A DNA stretch of 64,000 nt from Felis catus (lineage: Eukaryota): assembly GCF_018350175.1 (NCBI RefSeq), contig NC_058368.1:71054001-71118000 (forward strand). Direction: 5' to 3'. Below, piece by piece: positions 24,141-36,045 of the stretch; position 1 is the stretch's first letter; every line of letters starts with the position of its first letter. The translations under genes and the position numbers were made by a program. The notes under the pieces are model-generated. The model searched no databases. It was not told the origin of the DNA and saw only the letters and a program-made list of their open reading frames with translations.

Positions 24141-25859
24141 TATGCGAAATAAATCTTTCCTGTCTTCTTTGAATTCGACTCTCATTAAGAACTCTCTGAC
24201 TTTCTCTGTGCATGCCTGAATATTCTCCCCAGATAAGATGCATGACCAAATGCAACTCCAAAGCTATGGGCTCAGGTTAATAGGGAAGGAGAGGTGAGAT
24301 TCCTATCTGTGTATGGAAAATAATGAGCATTTGACAGAATGAAAAAAATCCTCAAAGCCAGGGTACCTAAACCAGGATTGCAAATCCATTCTAAACAACC
24401 ACTACTCCCTCCTCCCTGGTCGAGGGAGGACAGACCTTGCTAATCAACCTCAGTATCCTTTCCCACTGAGTCTAGATTCAGGCTCTACATTATTTTCCAA
24501 ACAGGGCCCCAGGCATTGACTACTAACCAGGGCCTATTGTATCTCTGGCCTAAAACTTATCTTAAGGTTAGCCTCGGGGTTAGTTTCCCCCTGGGAACAC
24601 AGGAGAGCCTTCCCTTCCAGGCACCCTGCTGCGGAGCCACAGTGGAACTGCCTGCTCCCAGGACTGAAGGCCAGCTCCTGAAATGCCCTGCCAGACCCCA
24701 CTCCTGAGAGAACACTAATGGAGCTGGTCCTACTCTGCCCTCCCTTGTGTGTCCACAGCCCTCTGTGACCTCAGCTAAGCAAGTTACTTAACTTCTCTGA
24801 GTCTCAGAATCTGATTCTTCCTGGGAAAATGGGATCTCTCTCTCTCTCTCTGCTGGAGTAACAGAGCAGCCTCCCAGTAAATGGCACATGCCACATTGCT
24901 AAGCCCAGCTCTGTCTTCCCACCAGCCCGTCACAGTGCCTTCATGACTTCATCCCCAGGTCCCAGCATAATATAAAACAGGGCTGGGATGCTCCTGTTGA
25001 GGCCACTGTTACCTCCCCCTCCCCCTAACACAAGACTGTCTGTGAACTCAAGGTCACATAGGCTCCAACACTGGGGAAGAGGTGAAGACCAGTTTGGGGG
25101 ATGGACAGTGAAGGGATTCCCCAAGGTGCATGCAAGGACTCCATCACAGACCCTATTAGGAAACAATGGAGGGGGCACTTTGCTCCCATAAGCGGAGAGG
25201 TGTCTTCTCCTGGCGGGGACCAGGGGTGAGACCAGGTGGATGACATCCCACCTGTCCACCTTCTCCAGCTCCTCTTAATGAGGGGCTGACTTACCTAAGA
25301 CTTTCCATTTCTGGAGCCACTCTCATTACCTCCTTCCACTGGACCTTGGTATGGAAGACTCAATTACCGCTTCCTGTCCCTTCCTCAAATGGGAGGGTTG
25401 TGCCCTGTAAAGCTTAGCCATGGCCTTCTCCCTCTGCCTGCCTCACCCCTCCGCCTCCTCTCTCTGACTCTTTGCCTGCTCTTACCAAGTATGTGAGTGA
25501 TATCCCCCCACCCTCACAGAGAGGAGCAGGTCCTGCTGTCCTTCTAGAGAAAGCAGCCTGGCACCCTTTAGCCCCCGCTTCTGCTCAAGAACAGCAAATT
25601 AGTCAAGGGCTGGCATTTCTGGGTCATCTGCGGGACAGCGTGTGACCTTCCTCTCCTCCCTGTGTCCACTACTTCCTGGGCCAGGCCTGCGATTCAACTC
25701 CTCCAAATCCAGGGCCCTGCATGTAAAGGCCCTGTCAACATTATAGACTTCTCTTCTGAGAGTTTTACAAGTTAACTGGGAAAATGAAATGAGCCCGGGC
25801 GGAAAGTTGCCTTACAAGGGAGCAAATCTGGGCAGAGAGCGGACCGGGCGGTAGCAGTC

Positions 25860-26450
25860 TCACAGAGTCCGCGTTGAACCATCAGCCAATTTAATGTCTG
25901 CATTAAAAACGGATTTGTGTGGAATGTAGTGCTTCTTTTAATTGCTCCAAATAAATATCCTGGGTAATTTTAAGAAAGACTGCCGCAGTAGCTTCCTGAG
26001 CAGCAGCACGAGCCATATATTACCAGCAAGTGCTTTGGGGCATTGTTTGCTGAGAAAGGCGTTACATAAATTGAAACTCCTTTTGCTCAGAGCCAGTCCC
26101 GAAAGTTCATGCAGTGAGAAACATTTCTCACCGTGCACAAACTGTGAATTGTATATAAAATTAAATTTTCTGATTAAAATCTGCATTGTTGGACCTCCCG
26201 CTGACTGCCACCATTTTGCTGAAATAAGATACTATTTGTGGTAATGGCAGCGCGGGAAACCTGTTATCATTGATTGTAAACTGGCCTCACTCCTACGGCT
26301 TAAAAAATCTGGAGAGCTTTATTGTGCAAACATTGCATTTTCCGTACAAATATTACCGAGCAAAGCTTTACCACCGATTCATCAGCTGGGGTGCACGCAG
26401 ATTACAATCCGACCCATCAGCCCTAAATCTGCTGCACACCCAAGGCTGCA
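25860..26450. promoter_or_regulatory. Candidate conserved non-coding enhancer
   Basis: Repeat-free, retains CpGs in AT-rich context, SOX sites (26041, 26184), homeodomain cores, inverted GTGAGAA pair. Confidence 0.55.
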
Positions 26451-27400
26451 GGTAGGGTTCTGCGAGGTGCAGGATGCTGGCAGGAAAACGAGACAAGCAT
26501 ACACAACCATCTGCTGTTTTTTAATTTAAAAAATATTTTGCTTCACAAGGGCATTATTACTTGAGAGACTAAGGAAGATAAAAGGAAAAGCTGAGGCCTC
26601 AGAAGAGTTCAGATTCAACAGCCTGCCCCACCCCCAACCCGTGCCCCAGGGAGCCGCCTAGCACCGCCCCATCCCCTCTCCCCAGACTGCCAACCTCCAA
26701 GCCCCCCCACCCCTGGGTCTGAGAATCAGCCTTAGGAAAGTCAGCTACGACTCCTCCCAGCAATGTTGACGGAAGACTCAAAGCTAACAACTCCGTCTGA
26801 CAAATGCAGAATCTGAAACCAAAACAATGGAGATAATTTTTTTTCCTAAGAAAATCTGTGTTCAGAATTAGAACCCCAAAGGCTGCCTTTCCATCTTACA
26901 TTTTCCCCCAGCTTTCGCTTTACAAGTGAACGCTCGCTCTCCAAAAGTCAACATCAGCCAGGCACACATAAATATTTTTTACTGCCTCTTAACCATTAGA
27001 ATAGATTGTCCCTCTCTTTCATGCGTAAATCACTTTGTTGCTTGGGTGATACAAAATCGCTCTGACTTACAAAGAAAGATGGGGAGGGTGGGGGTGGGGG
27101 TGGAGAAAGGTTTCACAAAATGATTGCTCCATAGCGGCCTATCTCCTATTTTGACAAATAAAATGAGCCCAAACAAACCAACTTCTTAAGGAACAACCTA
27201 GTCTGAATGTAATAAAGCATCTTTTTCTAGAAGAGCGCACTAAGGTTACAGGCAAAGCCAGTGCTGGACGAATAAACTAAGCCACGATGTGCTCTGAGGG
27301 AGCAAATGCGAGGCAAGTGGTTTGAGGTGGATGGGTGCTCAAAGACCTGAAGTTCAAAAGCACATAATTCCTGGAAGGCACCTGTGTAAAGTGGGTAGGA

Positions 27401-27401
<1 letters not shown>

Positions 27402-27447
<46 letters not shown>

Positions 27448-27485
27448 ACACCACACCACATCACATCACATCACATCACATCACA
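27402..27485. repeat. Compound microsatellite (CA)n-(CACCA)n-(CATCA)n
   Basis: Direct reading. Confidence 0.92.
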
Positions 27486-27996
27486 GTGTCCTTTTGCACT
27501 TTCTTTGCCCTAAAAGCCAATCCCAGGTATTCATATGCATTAACTAAGCATTCTCACCTGTGGGAAAGATATGTGGGGGTAGAAACAGGAAGTTCCCAGT
27601 GGGGTACCCGGCTCAATCCCCTGTGTATTGCCTTGCCTATAGAATTTGGGGAAATCACTATGCCGATTTGTGTTTCAATTGCATAATGACTAAATAAAAT
27701 AATTTACACATTTATGAATTAGCTATTTTTGAAAATTATTCCACTGGTTTTCTTTTCTAGATTTCTCTTGTGATTTCCAGTCTTTCATAGTTTCTAAAAC
27801 TCTTAACTAGCCTGAACCTGAGTTTCTTACTTGGATGTAGCTGGGGAGAGGGGGCGTAAGTAATCTGTTTTCCCTTTTTCTATTATTACCACCCATACAC
27901 GTGCCTTCTGTTTGAAAACCAATAATAAAATCAGTCGCAATATTACATTCATTCATTTCGATAATGTCTTGAATTTACCAGGTGCTAGGATCTAGA

Positions 27997-28213
27997 TTTT
28001 TTTTTTTTATGTTTATTTATTTTGAGAGAAAGAGAGCAAGACAGAGCTCTAGCAGAGGAGGGTACAGAGAGGGAGACAGAATCTGAAGCAGGCTCCAGGC
28101 TCTGAGCTGTCATCCCAGAGCTGGACATGGGGCTCGAACTAGCACTTAGGAGCCGTGAGATCCTGACTTGAGCTGAAGTCAGACACTCAACCGACAGAGC
28201 CACCCAGACGCCC
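27997..28213 (-). mobile_element. Felid Can-SINE
   Basis: TSD ctaggatctagatttt. Confidence 0.93.
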
Positions 28214-28585
28214 CTAGGATCTAGATTTTTAATCCTCTTTCACTCAAGAGTTCTGCCAGCCTGAGGAATACATCAGAAGTCCCAACTTTACTGTCTTTTG
28301 AACTAAGATTTGAAGAAATCAAGAGAATCTACAATAAGAACTTGCACCTGATAGAGCCTTCTTCTCCCAACTTTACTTTTCTCCTTTGCCCTACCTCCTG
28401 CCTCTTTCCCGTTAACCAGACATCCTTGGTGTTCTCCTTTCCCCCACAGGGCTCTCTGCCCAAAGGGTTCCTTTCCATGGCTCTGTTATCTCCTCTAGTC
28501 TTGACCAAAGATGGAATACTTGACCTCCCCATGCCTCTGCCCAAACTTTGCCCACATTTTTGCTCTAGGATTCCATTGATTCTTT

Positions 28586-28712
28586 TTCTTTTCTTTTCTT
28601 TTCTTTTTTAGATTTTATTTTTGAGTAATATCTACACCCAATGTGGGGCTCAAACTCACAACCCCAAGATCAAGAGTTGCATGCTCTACCACTGAGCCAA
28701 CCAGGCGCCCCC
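28586..28712 (-). mobile_element. Short Can-SINE
   Basis: TSD cattgattcttt / cattaattcttt. Confidence 0.88.
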
Positions 28713-30569
28713 CTCATTAATTCTTTAAAGTCATTAATTGTTTGTTTCTGTAAAAACAAAAGTCATTAATAATATTCCACTGACTTTCCACAGTTTGCAG
28801 CAAGAAGACATAATGCCTGCCCCTATACAGGACACCAAAAATCAGTGACAGGACAGACATCCAGAAATGACTCAAGATTAAATAGGTTGGACGAGCCAAC
28901 CATACTCTGTTCACGTGCTCTGGCAAGCACAGCCAAAGAGTGGACAAAGCTTGGTAATATGGCAAGAGGGGAAGGGCTGGGGTGAGGAGGAGCTCTAGGG
29001 GCCAGTGGTACTGCCACTACCCTTCTCCCCAAAAGACCCTCAAGCCCAGGCATATACTAAAGGGCTAGACAGTGAAGCCCTGCCTGCCTTGGGGATTACT
29101 GGTAGAATCCCTAAAAGGAATAGAAATCTAGGGTCGGTCTCCATCTCAAAGAAGAGGTGGGTCAGGATAGGTATCTGCAATTCTGAAGGTTGGCCACCAC
29201 CCGGTTCTCTTCCCCATTGGTTCCCCAAAGAGGAAAGGCCAAGTCCCATCCTTCCATGAACCTACTCTTCCTCATCACAGATCACAGAGACACCAGATTT
29301 ATTCAATGAATAACCATGGTGGTATCATTCTCCTTCTCAGCCAAGGGGGAATTGAAATCCCATCATCCACCAGTGAGAAGAAGACCCAGGGGGAATGGAT
29401 GCCATACTCATCTCCCATCTTCTCTCTCCATTTCCCTCCCTCTCCATGTCTCCATCTTTCTCCAGGTATGGAGTGTCTTCTTTTTATCTTCTGTCTACCT
29501 CTTATCCCCTTCCCGAGTTCTAGCTCTTTCTTTTGGGTTGGCTGACACCAGAGGGCAACATAATCTCACCTACTTGTCACTTTTTCATTTCACCAGTAGA
29601 GGGAAGAGTTTGAGAGCACCTACAGGAAGTAGGAAGTATGTGGAAATTATTTTGAAATATGGAATTAGCTAGCGCACTAGGACAGCTCTCTCAAAGGCAT
29701 CTCGTGCCAAGGCATTCTGTTCCTGTTGGTAAATAATCTGTTATAAAACTGTTTAAATGCATATTAACTCACCAGAGCACGACACTGGCAAAATTTCCCT
29801 CCAGGCTGTATTTTGCAAAGAGACAACTTTCAAGTGATGTGAGACCTGAGAGTAAACTAGCAGAAGTCATACATTATTCAAGGTAACACTGCCGCTCTAT
29901 CCCTTACTCACCATTTAGTCTTTTGAGATCTGGCTTTTTTGTTTCAGACATAATTAGTAAGGCATTTAGCCCCAAATGTCTTGTTTTGAGTCCCCATCAT
30001 CTCCCCACTCTAGGTGCTTTGAGGGTGCATATGGGCTTATTTGGGCAAGGACTGCTGAGTCCGTCAGAAAAACTGATTATGAACCAAGCAGTAGAGCCCT
30101 AGGGCCAAGGGCCCAAGCAGGCTCCAACAAGCTTGGAAGTCCGTGGAAGGGCTTTGCCACACCCTCCTGGTTCCACCACACATATTGAGGAATTAGAGAA
30201 TGTTCCCTTTGAAAAATGTTGGGAAGGAAGAGATTCAGAAACTAAACTGTACCAGTGAACTGACCATTTACCAAATAGTCATCCTGACCAAGTTAACATC
30301 AATGCCTTTAAAAAATAGGCAACGTGGAGCTCAGCAATCTGCTCAGCCGCTGTGGTGCGCTTGGTTGTTTGGATCTAATTACCTGGATCTTTTCTGCTTG
30401 GTGTCCCCAGCCTTTGAACCATTTCCAAAGCCAGAGCTTTATAGAAAGGGCCATGGAAAACCCCAAGAGTGTGATTCTATCATTCTTTAGGTGGACTTTT
30501 GATCCGAGTTGCTGAATTTATCCTTTGCCTTCATTTCTTCAGCAACACTCTTTCTCTGATCAATTATCT

Positions 30570-30730
30570 AAAGCAAGAGTTCTCGTTCTGAGGTCCCGAA
30601 GTGGACTTGAGTGATTTTATGAGTCTCTGGAAATTATGGGCAAAATTCTGTGTGTATGTACAATTGTGGTGTTTCTGGGGAGAGGAAATATAACTTGAAT
30701 CAGATTCTCAGAGGGCTCTATGACCTCCAT
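30570..30730. mobile_element. hAT-Charlie-type DNA transposon relic
   Basis: gaaattatgggcaaaattctgtgtgtatgt...tctggggagagg...atcagattctcagagggctctatgacc resembles a recalled hAT MITE; subfamily not assigned. Confidence 0.45.
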
Positions 30731-30974
30731 CTTGTCACTCTGTATATTCATGATGTTCACTAGATTAGGGTTTCCCCAGTCAACATGCATGGATAGGGTG
30801 TGCCTGGGTCTCCGATCCCCTCAGCCCTCTGGTGGCTGGACAGGGCCAGGAATGGTTGGAACTTCTAAGCTGGTCATCTCCTGCCAAGAGCTTCCCAGTC
30901 ACTGTAAAAACATTATTTTCTCGGTGTGCCACAGTGTATAACAAGTTGGGAAGCACTGTATAAACTCTTCAATG

Positions 30975-31086
30975 TTTTGCTTTCTTTTGTTTTTTTAAGT
31001 AAGCTCCACGCCTAATGGGGGACTTGAACTCATGACCCCAAGATCAAGAGTCACATGCTCCACTGACTGAGCCAGCCAGACACCCC
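30975..31086 (-). mobile_element. Short Can-SINE
   Basis: Minus-strand head; TSD taaactcttca / taaattcttca. Confidence 0.87.
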
Positions 31087-31784
31087 TAAATTCTTCACTT
31101 TTATCCCATTCTCCATCTTTGCTCTCTACATCTCTTTCCTCATCTCCATGGCCTTAAATTTCCAGAAAGAAGTGTGGCATTGATTTGGCCATCTGTGGTA
31201 CAATCTGCACTTCAAGTACTCTGACAGGAAAGAAAGTGGTGTTGTAGTCGCCCCTTCCAGAAATGCTCCCTGGCTCCCACATCTGGGAATCTGCCTTGCC
31301 AGCCACATGGTAGTAAGTGAGACCAGCTCATATCCCCATTTTCCGGGAGATTCCCTTTGCTGATTCCCTGCATCTGCCCCTTTCCGGTAGTAGCTCTCTC
31401 TTGTCCAGAAGAAGCATCTAGAAGAAGCTCTATGCCAGATAAATGGCTTCCAGCTTCATTTCAAGTACCCCTCCAAAGTGCTTTCATGCAGACATTCTTT
31501 CTTGCATTAAAATCTTACACAGAATCCATGGAGAACCAAATTCAAACTCAGACATAACAAACCGGAGGCAAATTCTCTTGACTCCTGGCTAACACAGAGC
31601 ACCCTAAAAACAGTTACCTTCAAAGCCCTCCCCTGCTCCAACCCCAAAACACACAAAAGTCCTCATAGCCCATGACCAGATGGGTCATCTGAGATCAATC
31701 TCATTACTTAATGCTCAGATCACATCATTTTCCTAGCAACAACTTCATAATTTTGGTAAACTAAGAAGTATTCCATCCACTTAG

Positions 31785-31894
31785 TTCATTTATTTACTTA
31801 TTTTTAATGATCTCTACACCCAACGTGAGACTCAAACCCACGACCCCAAGATCAAGAGTTGCATGCTCCCCTGACTGAGCCAGCCAGGTGCCCC
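31785..31894 (-). mobile_element. Short Can-SINE
   Basis: Minus-strand head ending ccaggtgcccc; degraded TSD around ccatcc. Confidence 0.87.
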
Positions 31895-32937
31895 AGTGTG
31901 CCATCCGTTTAGAGTTAATATATGATTCAGATTTTTATATGAATGACTGCAACAAAATGTCGACAACTGTGCTTCAACTATCCATTTCAAAGTCTTGATC
32001 ACCTAATTCTTAAATATTCTTCCAGCCCACACCATATTTCTGTTAGAGAATAAAACTATTTTTCTCCACTTTACTAGTTCTCCGAGCTGACAGCCCAAGA
32101 TGTCGACCACAGTTCTAACATCTTCACAACTTTCTTTCTTCATCCTTCCCTGAACCAGCTGATCCTAGGCACATTCCTGACCCATAACTTTCCAGTCAAT
32201 AGACCATTTTAGAAATACTTTACTTCTGAGGGAAGGAAATTTCTGCTAAGCCATAAAGAACAAGAAGTACATGTTTCTTAAATATATAACTACAGTGCTA
32301 CCAATTGGGTTTGGCATAAAATAAGGAATGTGAGGTCAAGAATATAGGTATTGTCTCCTTTCAGGGTGGCACTGAGAGTCTGCTAAACCTGTCACTGTCA
32401 CAAAGCCCCCATCCAGCTCTACAGATTTCACTTTGCTATCCAAGAAAAAACACAGACACACAAAGAAGTCTTTTCTTAACACCTACCACTATTAACTCTA
32501 AAATAACAAATTAATTCATCTTAGACTATTTCCAGCTGTAGTTAGAAAGGTCCCCCATCTGGGTGCTCCTAAAAAGCATGACTGTCAGCATCACAGGGCA
32601 TTGTTGAAGAATATTTATATGAGATGAGCTACTTCCTTCTTAATGAAACTGACAACCAAGCTGAATTCAGGATCACTTTACTTGAAGGGTATAATCTCTG
32701 GCAAATCCTTTAAGAAAGCCAACGTATCACTTTTCTGTGTATTTTAGAAATGGGATATATTTGAAAAAATGCCTGGAAACCACTAGCAGTCATCTTAAAA
32801 CCTACTTTTCAAGCCAACATCTGGAGTTAACAAAAAACTATGTGATGGGATCCCCAAAATATAGAAAACACTAGTTTTCTTTTTAGGATAAAATTATGTA
32901 GACTTGCAAGTTGCAAAAAAATATTAAATCTTGTTTT

Positions 32938-33118
32938 TATTTTAATTTTTTAAGTTCATTTATTTATTTTGAGAGAGAGAGGGAAAGAGAATCCTAAGCA
33001 GGTTTTGGACTGACAGCACAAAGCCCAACGTGTGGCTCAAACTCACCACCGACACGATTATGATCTGAGCTGAAATCAAAAGTTAGACACTTAACCAACT
33101 GAGCCACCCAGGTGCCCC
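32938..33118 (-). mobile_element. Can-SINE
   Basis: TSD taaatcttgtttt. Confidence 0.9.
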
Positions 33119-33692
33119 TAAATCTTGTTTTAAAAATGTTTGCTGAGTTGACAGAAAATGAAATGCTACACTCCTATCTGCAGCCATTATAACAGAGGAT
33201 TTACTGGTTATTATTCACTAACTTGAAGTGTGCTCCAGCCTTCGAAGGGAGAAATGAATACAGTTGGGAGTGGGGACATACTGCAGGCATTTTCAGGGTG
33301 ATTATAAATAAATGAAACATTAGGCACATCTCAAATTCAGCCTCTTACTCAAACCATATACAATGTAGATAGATCATGCTGATTTAACTTGATAGGGATA
33401 TCCCGATATCCCAAGGACCTAAATTTGTGCTCAAGGTGCTCAAAGACTTCAGAATTTGCATGATACTGACGATGAACAGTATTCCTTATTTTGTCAATAG
33501 GAGCCACTTGAACTTCATTCATGGTGATGTTTGTTTCCATTTTCTCTTCCTCTTAGTCACTAAAGATGGAATGGCAGTGAAACTTTCCTTTTGTATTTTT
33601 TCACATATTCAAAGGTTCAAAGTATGTTTTACTATCTTTTCATTTTCCTTTTGACCAATCTAAAAACTAAAGCTGCTTTCATATTTACTTCT

Positions 33693-33807
33693 TTTTTTTT
33701 TTAAGATTTTATTTTTTAAGGGATCTCTGTACCCAGCGTGGGTCTCAAACTCACTACCCTGAGATCAAGAGTCACGAGCTCTACTGACTGAGCCAGCCAG
33801 GCATCCC
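33693..33807 (-). mobile_element. Short Can-SINE at the inner end of the left inverted-repeat arm
   Basis: TSD tcatatttacttct / tcatatatacttct. Confidence 0.9.
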
Positions 33808-33894
33808 TCATATATACTTCTGTTTGGCCATCTCTAAGTAAATGCACGCTTTCCACTTGATGCTAACCTAATATGTTTATCAACACAGGGTTTT

Positions 33895-34360
33895 GTTTTT
33901 GTTTTTTTTTTTTTGGAATAATTTTTTTTTTAATTTTTTTTTTCAATGTTTATTTATTTTTGGGACAGAGAGAGACAGAGCATGAACGGGGGAGGGGCAG
34001 AAAGAGAGGGAGACACAGAATGGGAAACAGGCTCCAGGCTCTGAGCCATCAGCCCAGAGCCCGACGCGGGGCTCGAACTCACGGACCGCGAGATCGTGAC
34101 CTGGCTGAAGTCGGACGCTTAACTGACTGCGCCACCCAGGTGCCCCGGGATTAATTTTTTTTTTAATGTTTATTTATTTTACGGAGACAGAGAGACAGAG
34201 TGGGGGAGGTGCAAAGAGAGAGGGAGACACAGAATCCGAAGCAGGCTCCAGGCTCTGACCTGTCAGCACAGAGCCCAACAGGGGCTCGAACCCACGAACC
34301 ATGGGATCATGACCTGGGCCAAAGTCGGACGCTCAACCAATTGAGCCACCCAGGCGCCCC
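33895..34360 (-). mobile_element. Felid Can-SINE with a young SINEC_Fc (33922-34146) nested in its tail
   Basis: Outer TSD acacagggtttt; inner copy keeps most CpGs. Confidence 0.93.
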
Positions 34361-35824
34361 TTGACACAGGGTTTTCTTTAAGAAACAAAAAAGAAGTAAA
34401 TATGAAAGCAGCTTTAGTTTTTAGATTGATCAAAAGGAAAATGAAAAGATAGTAAAACATACTTTGAACCCTTGAATACATGAAAAAATACAAAAGGAAA
34501 GCCTCAAGAACATCAATTTGCAAATCCCCAACAGTCTCATAGGGAAGAAGCGATAGGGAAACACGTAATGTAACAGCTATAGCATGAGATCCAGCAATAA
34601 TGAAGGTCTGCCTGTAACCCTGGCTGATGGCCTTTCATTTTCTGATATGTCCTCTCTCTTAAAATATAAATGCACAGTAAGAAAAATATGTAGAGAAACA
34701 ATTCCATGTGTGTAATAGCACAGGGTGTTCTGGATGCTGGCATCTCGCAACCGCCAGTTATGTCATGCTGTACCAGTGTTGAGTGAGCTGTGTCACTTCC
34801 TCTTTGAAGCCTCCCTGACACACACACCCCAAACTCCCCCCTCATACCCCCAATGGACCCTGTACGACCTTCATCATAGCAGCCATCACACTGAACCTGT
34901 CTACATCCATTGGCTTTTATATTCATGTCCCTGGAGGTATAACTGACTCAAGAGTGGAAGGAGGTGCCTCCATCACCTGTATCCCCATCAATGGCCACAG
35001 CCACTGTGACTGAGAATGTGCTCATAAATGTGGAAAGAACAAACACTTGAGTTTTCTGGAATCCTTGCTGTATTCTCTAAATCCCACTTAGCACATTTAG
35101 CCTGGAGCTACTTGGCATCTAGAACAAGGATGAATCAAGCCTTTTCAATTTTCTAGTAAAGCCCCAGGTGGTGAGAAATACAGGTACTAATTCCCAAAGA
35201 AGTAGGAGGAAGCCAGAAGTAGAGATGTGTGCATGGGTGCATCCGGACAGTGAGAAGGTGAATGGGAGACAGAGACTCTGAAGAGGTCATGGAGTGTGTG
35301 GGAATCGGGTGACCAGGATGAACCCACACAAGGATTCTGACACGAGTGGAGACACTTCCCCCTTCACATATATTTTACCACAACAAAATTTAAAAAAAAT
35401 CACCCCCCTTCCTGCCATCTCTAAAACCCAACCTCATCCATCCATGCACACCATAGAGAACTCATCCAGGACCCTAACCCCCCAACCCCCATTCTCCCCA
35501 CCTCCACCCCGAGCCCAGCCCTGAACTTGCCTGCCTCACTTGGACCCCGCCCCTCCCTAGCAACAAGCACAAGCTTGGGGTCTTCATCCCTGGCTCCCTA
35601 GTCCTGGTGGTATTCATCTCCCTAGTGTCCACACCTCGGCTTTTAGTCACTGACCCCACAATGGCTCAGCCTTTGCCTGTCTGGGGCCCATGCCTGTGCT
35701 CAAATGCCAGCGCCCCAAACCCCAGAAGTAAACTTTACACTCTCCCAAGAGGGATAAATGGACAAAGAGAAGCATTCAAAGACCATTTCCAGTCTTCATC
35801 TTTAAATACTACTCAAGTAATGTG

Positions 35825-36045
35825 TTAAATGTGTATTACGAGCCAGGTACTGTGCTAAACATTTGATTATCTCATTTTAATTCACACCACAACCTAACAA
35901 GGGAGTTCTTGTTACCAGTAACCTCATTTTGTAGTGCGGAAGCTGCTTGAGGATGCTAAGTAATTTGCCCAATGTCCCAAAGCCAGAGAGGTACATGTTC
36001 AGGATATGAAGCCAGCACCAAGATCGACAGCCTGTGTTCAGCTAC
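35825..36045 (-). mobile_element. MIR
   Basis: gccaggtactgtgctaaac...ctcattttgtag...taagtaatttgccca. Confidence 0.72.

Larger units (their letters stand above)
33583..34501. repeat. Long inverted repeat: 115-bp arms at 33583-33697 and 34387-34501
   Basis: Arms are reverse complements with 4 mismatches and no indels by manual alignment; 689-bp spacer. Confidence 0.93.
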
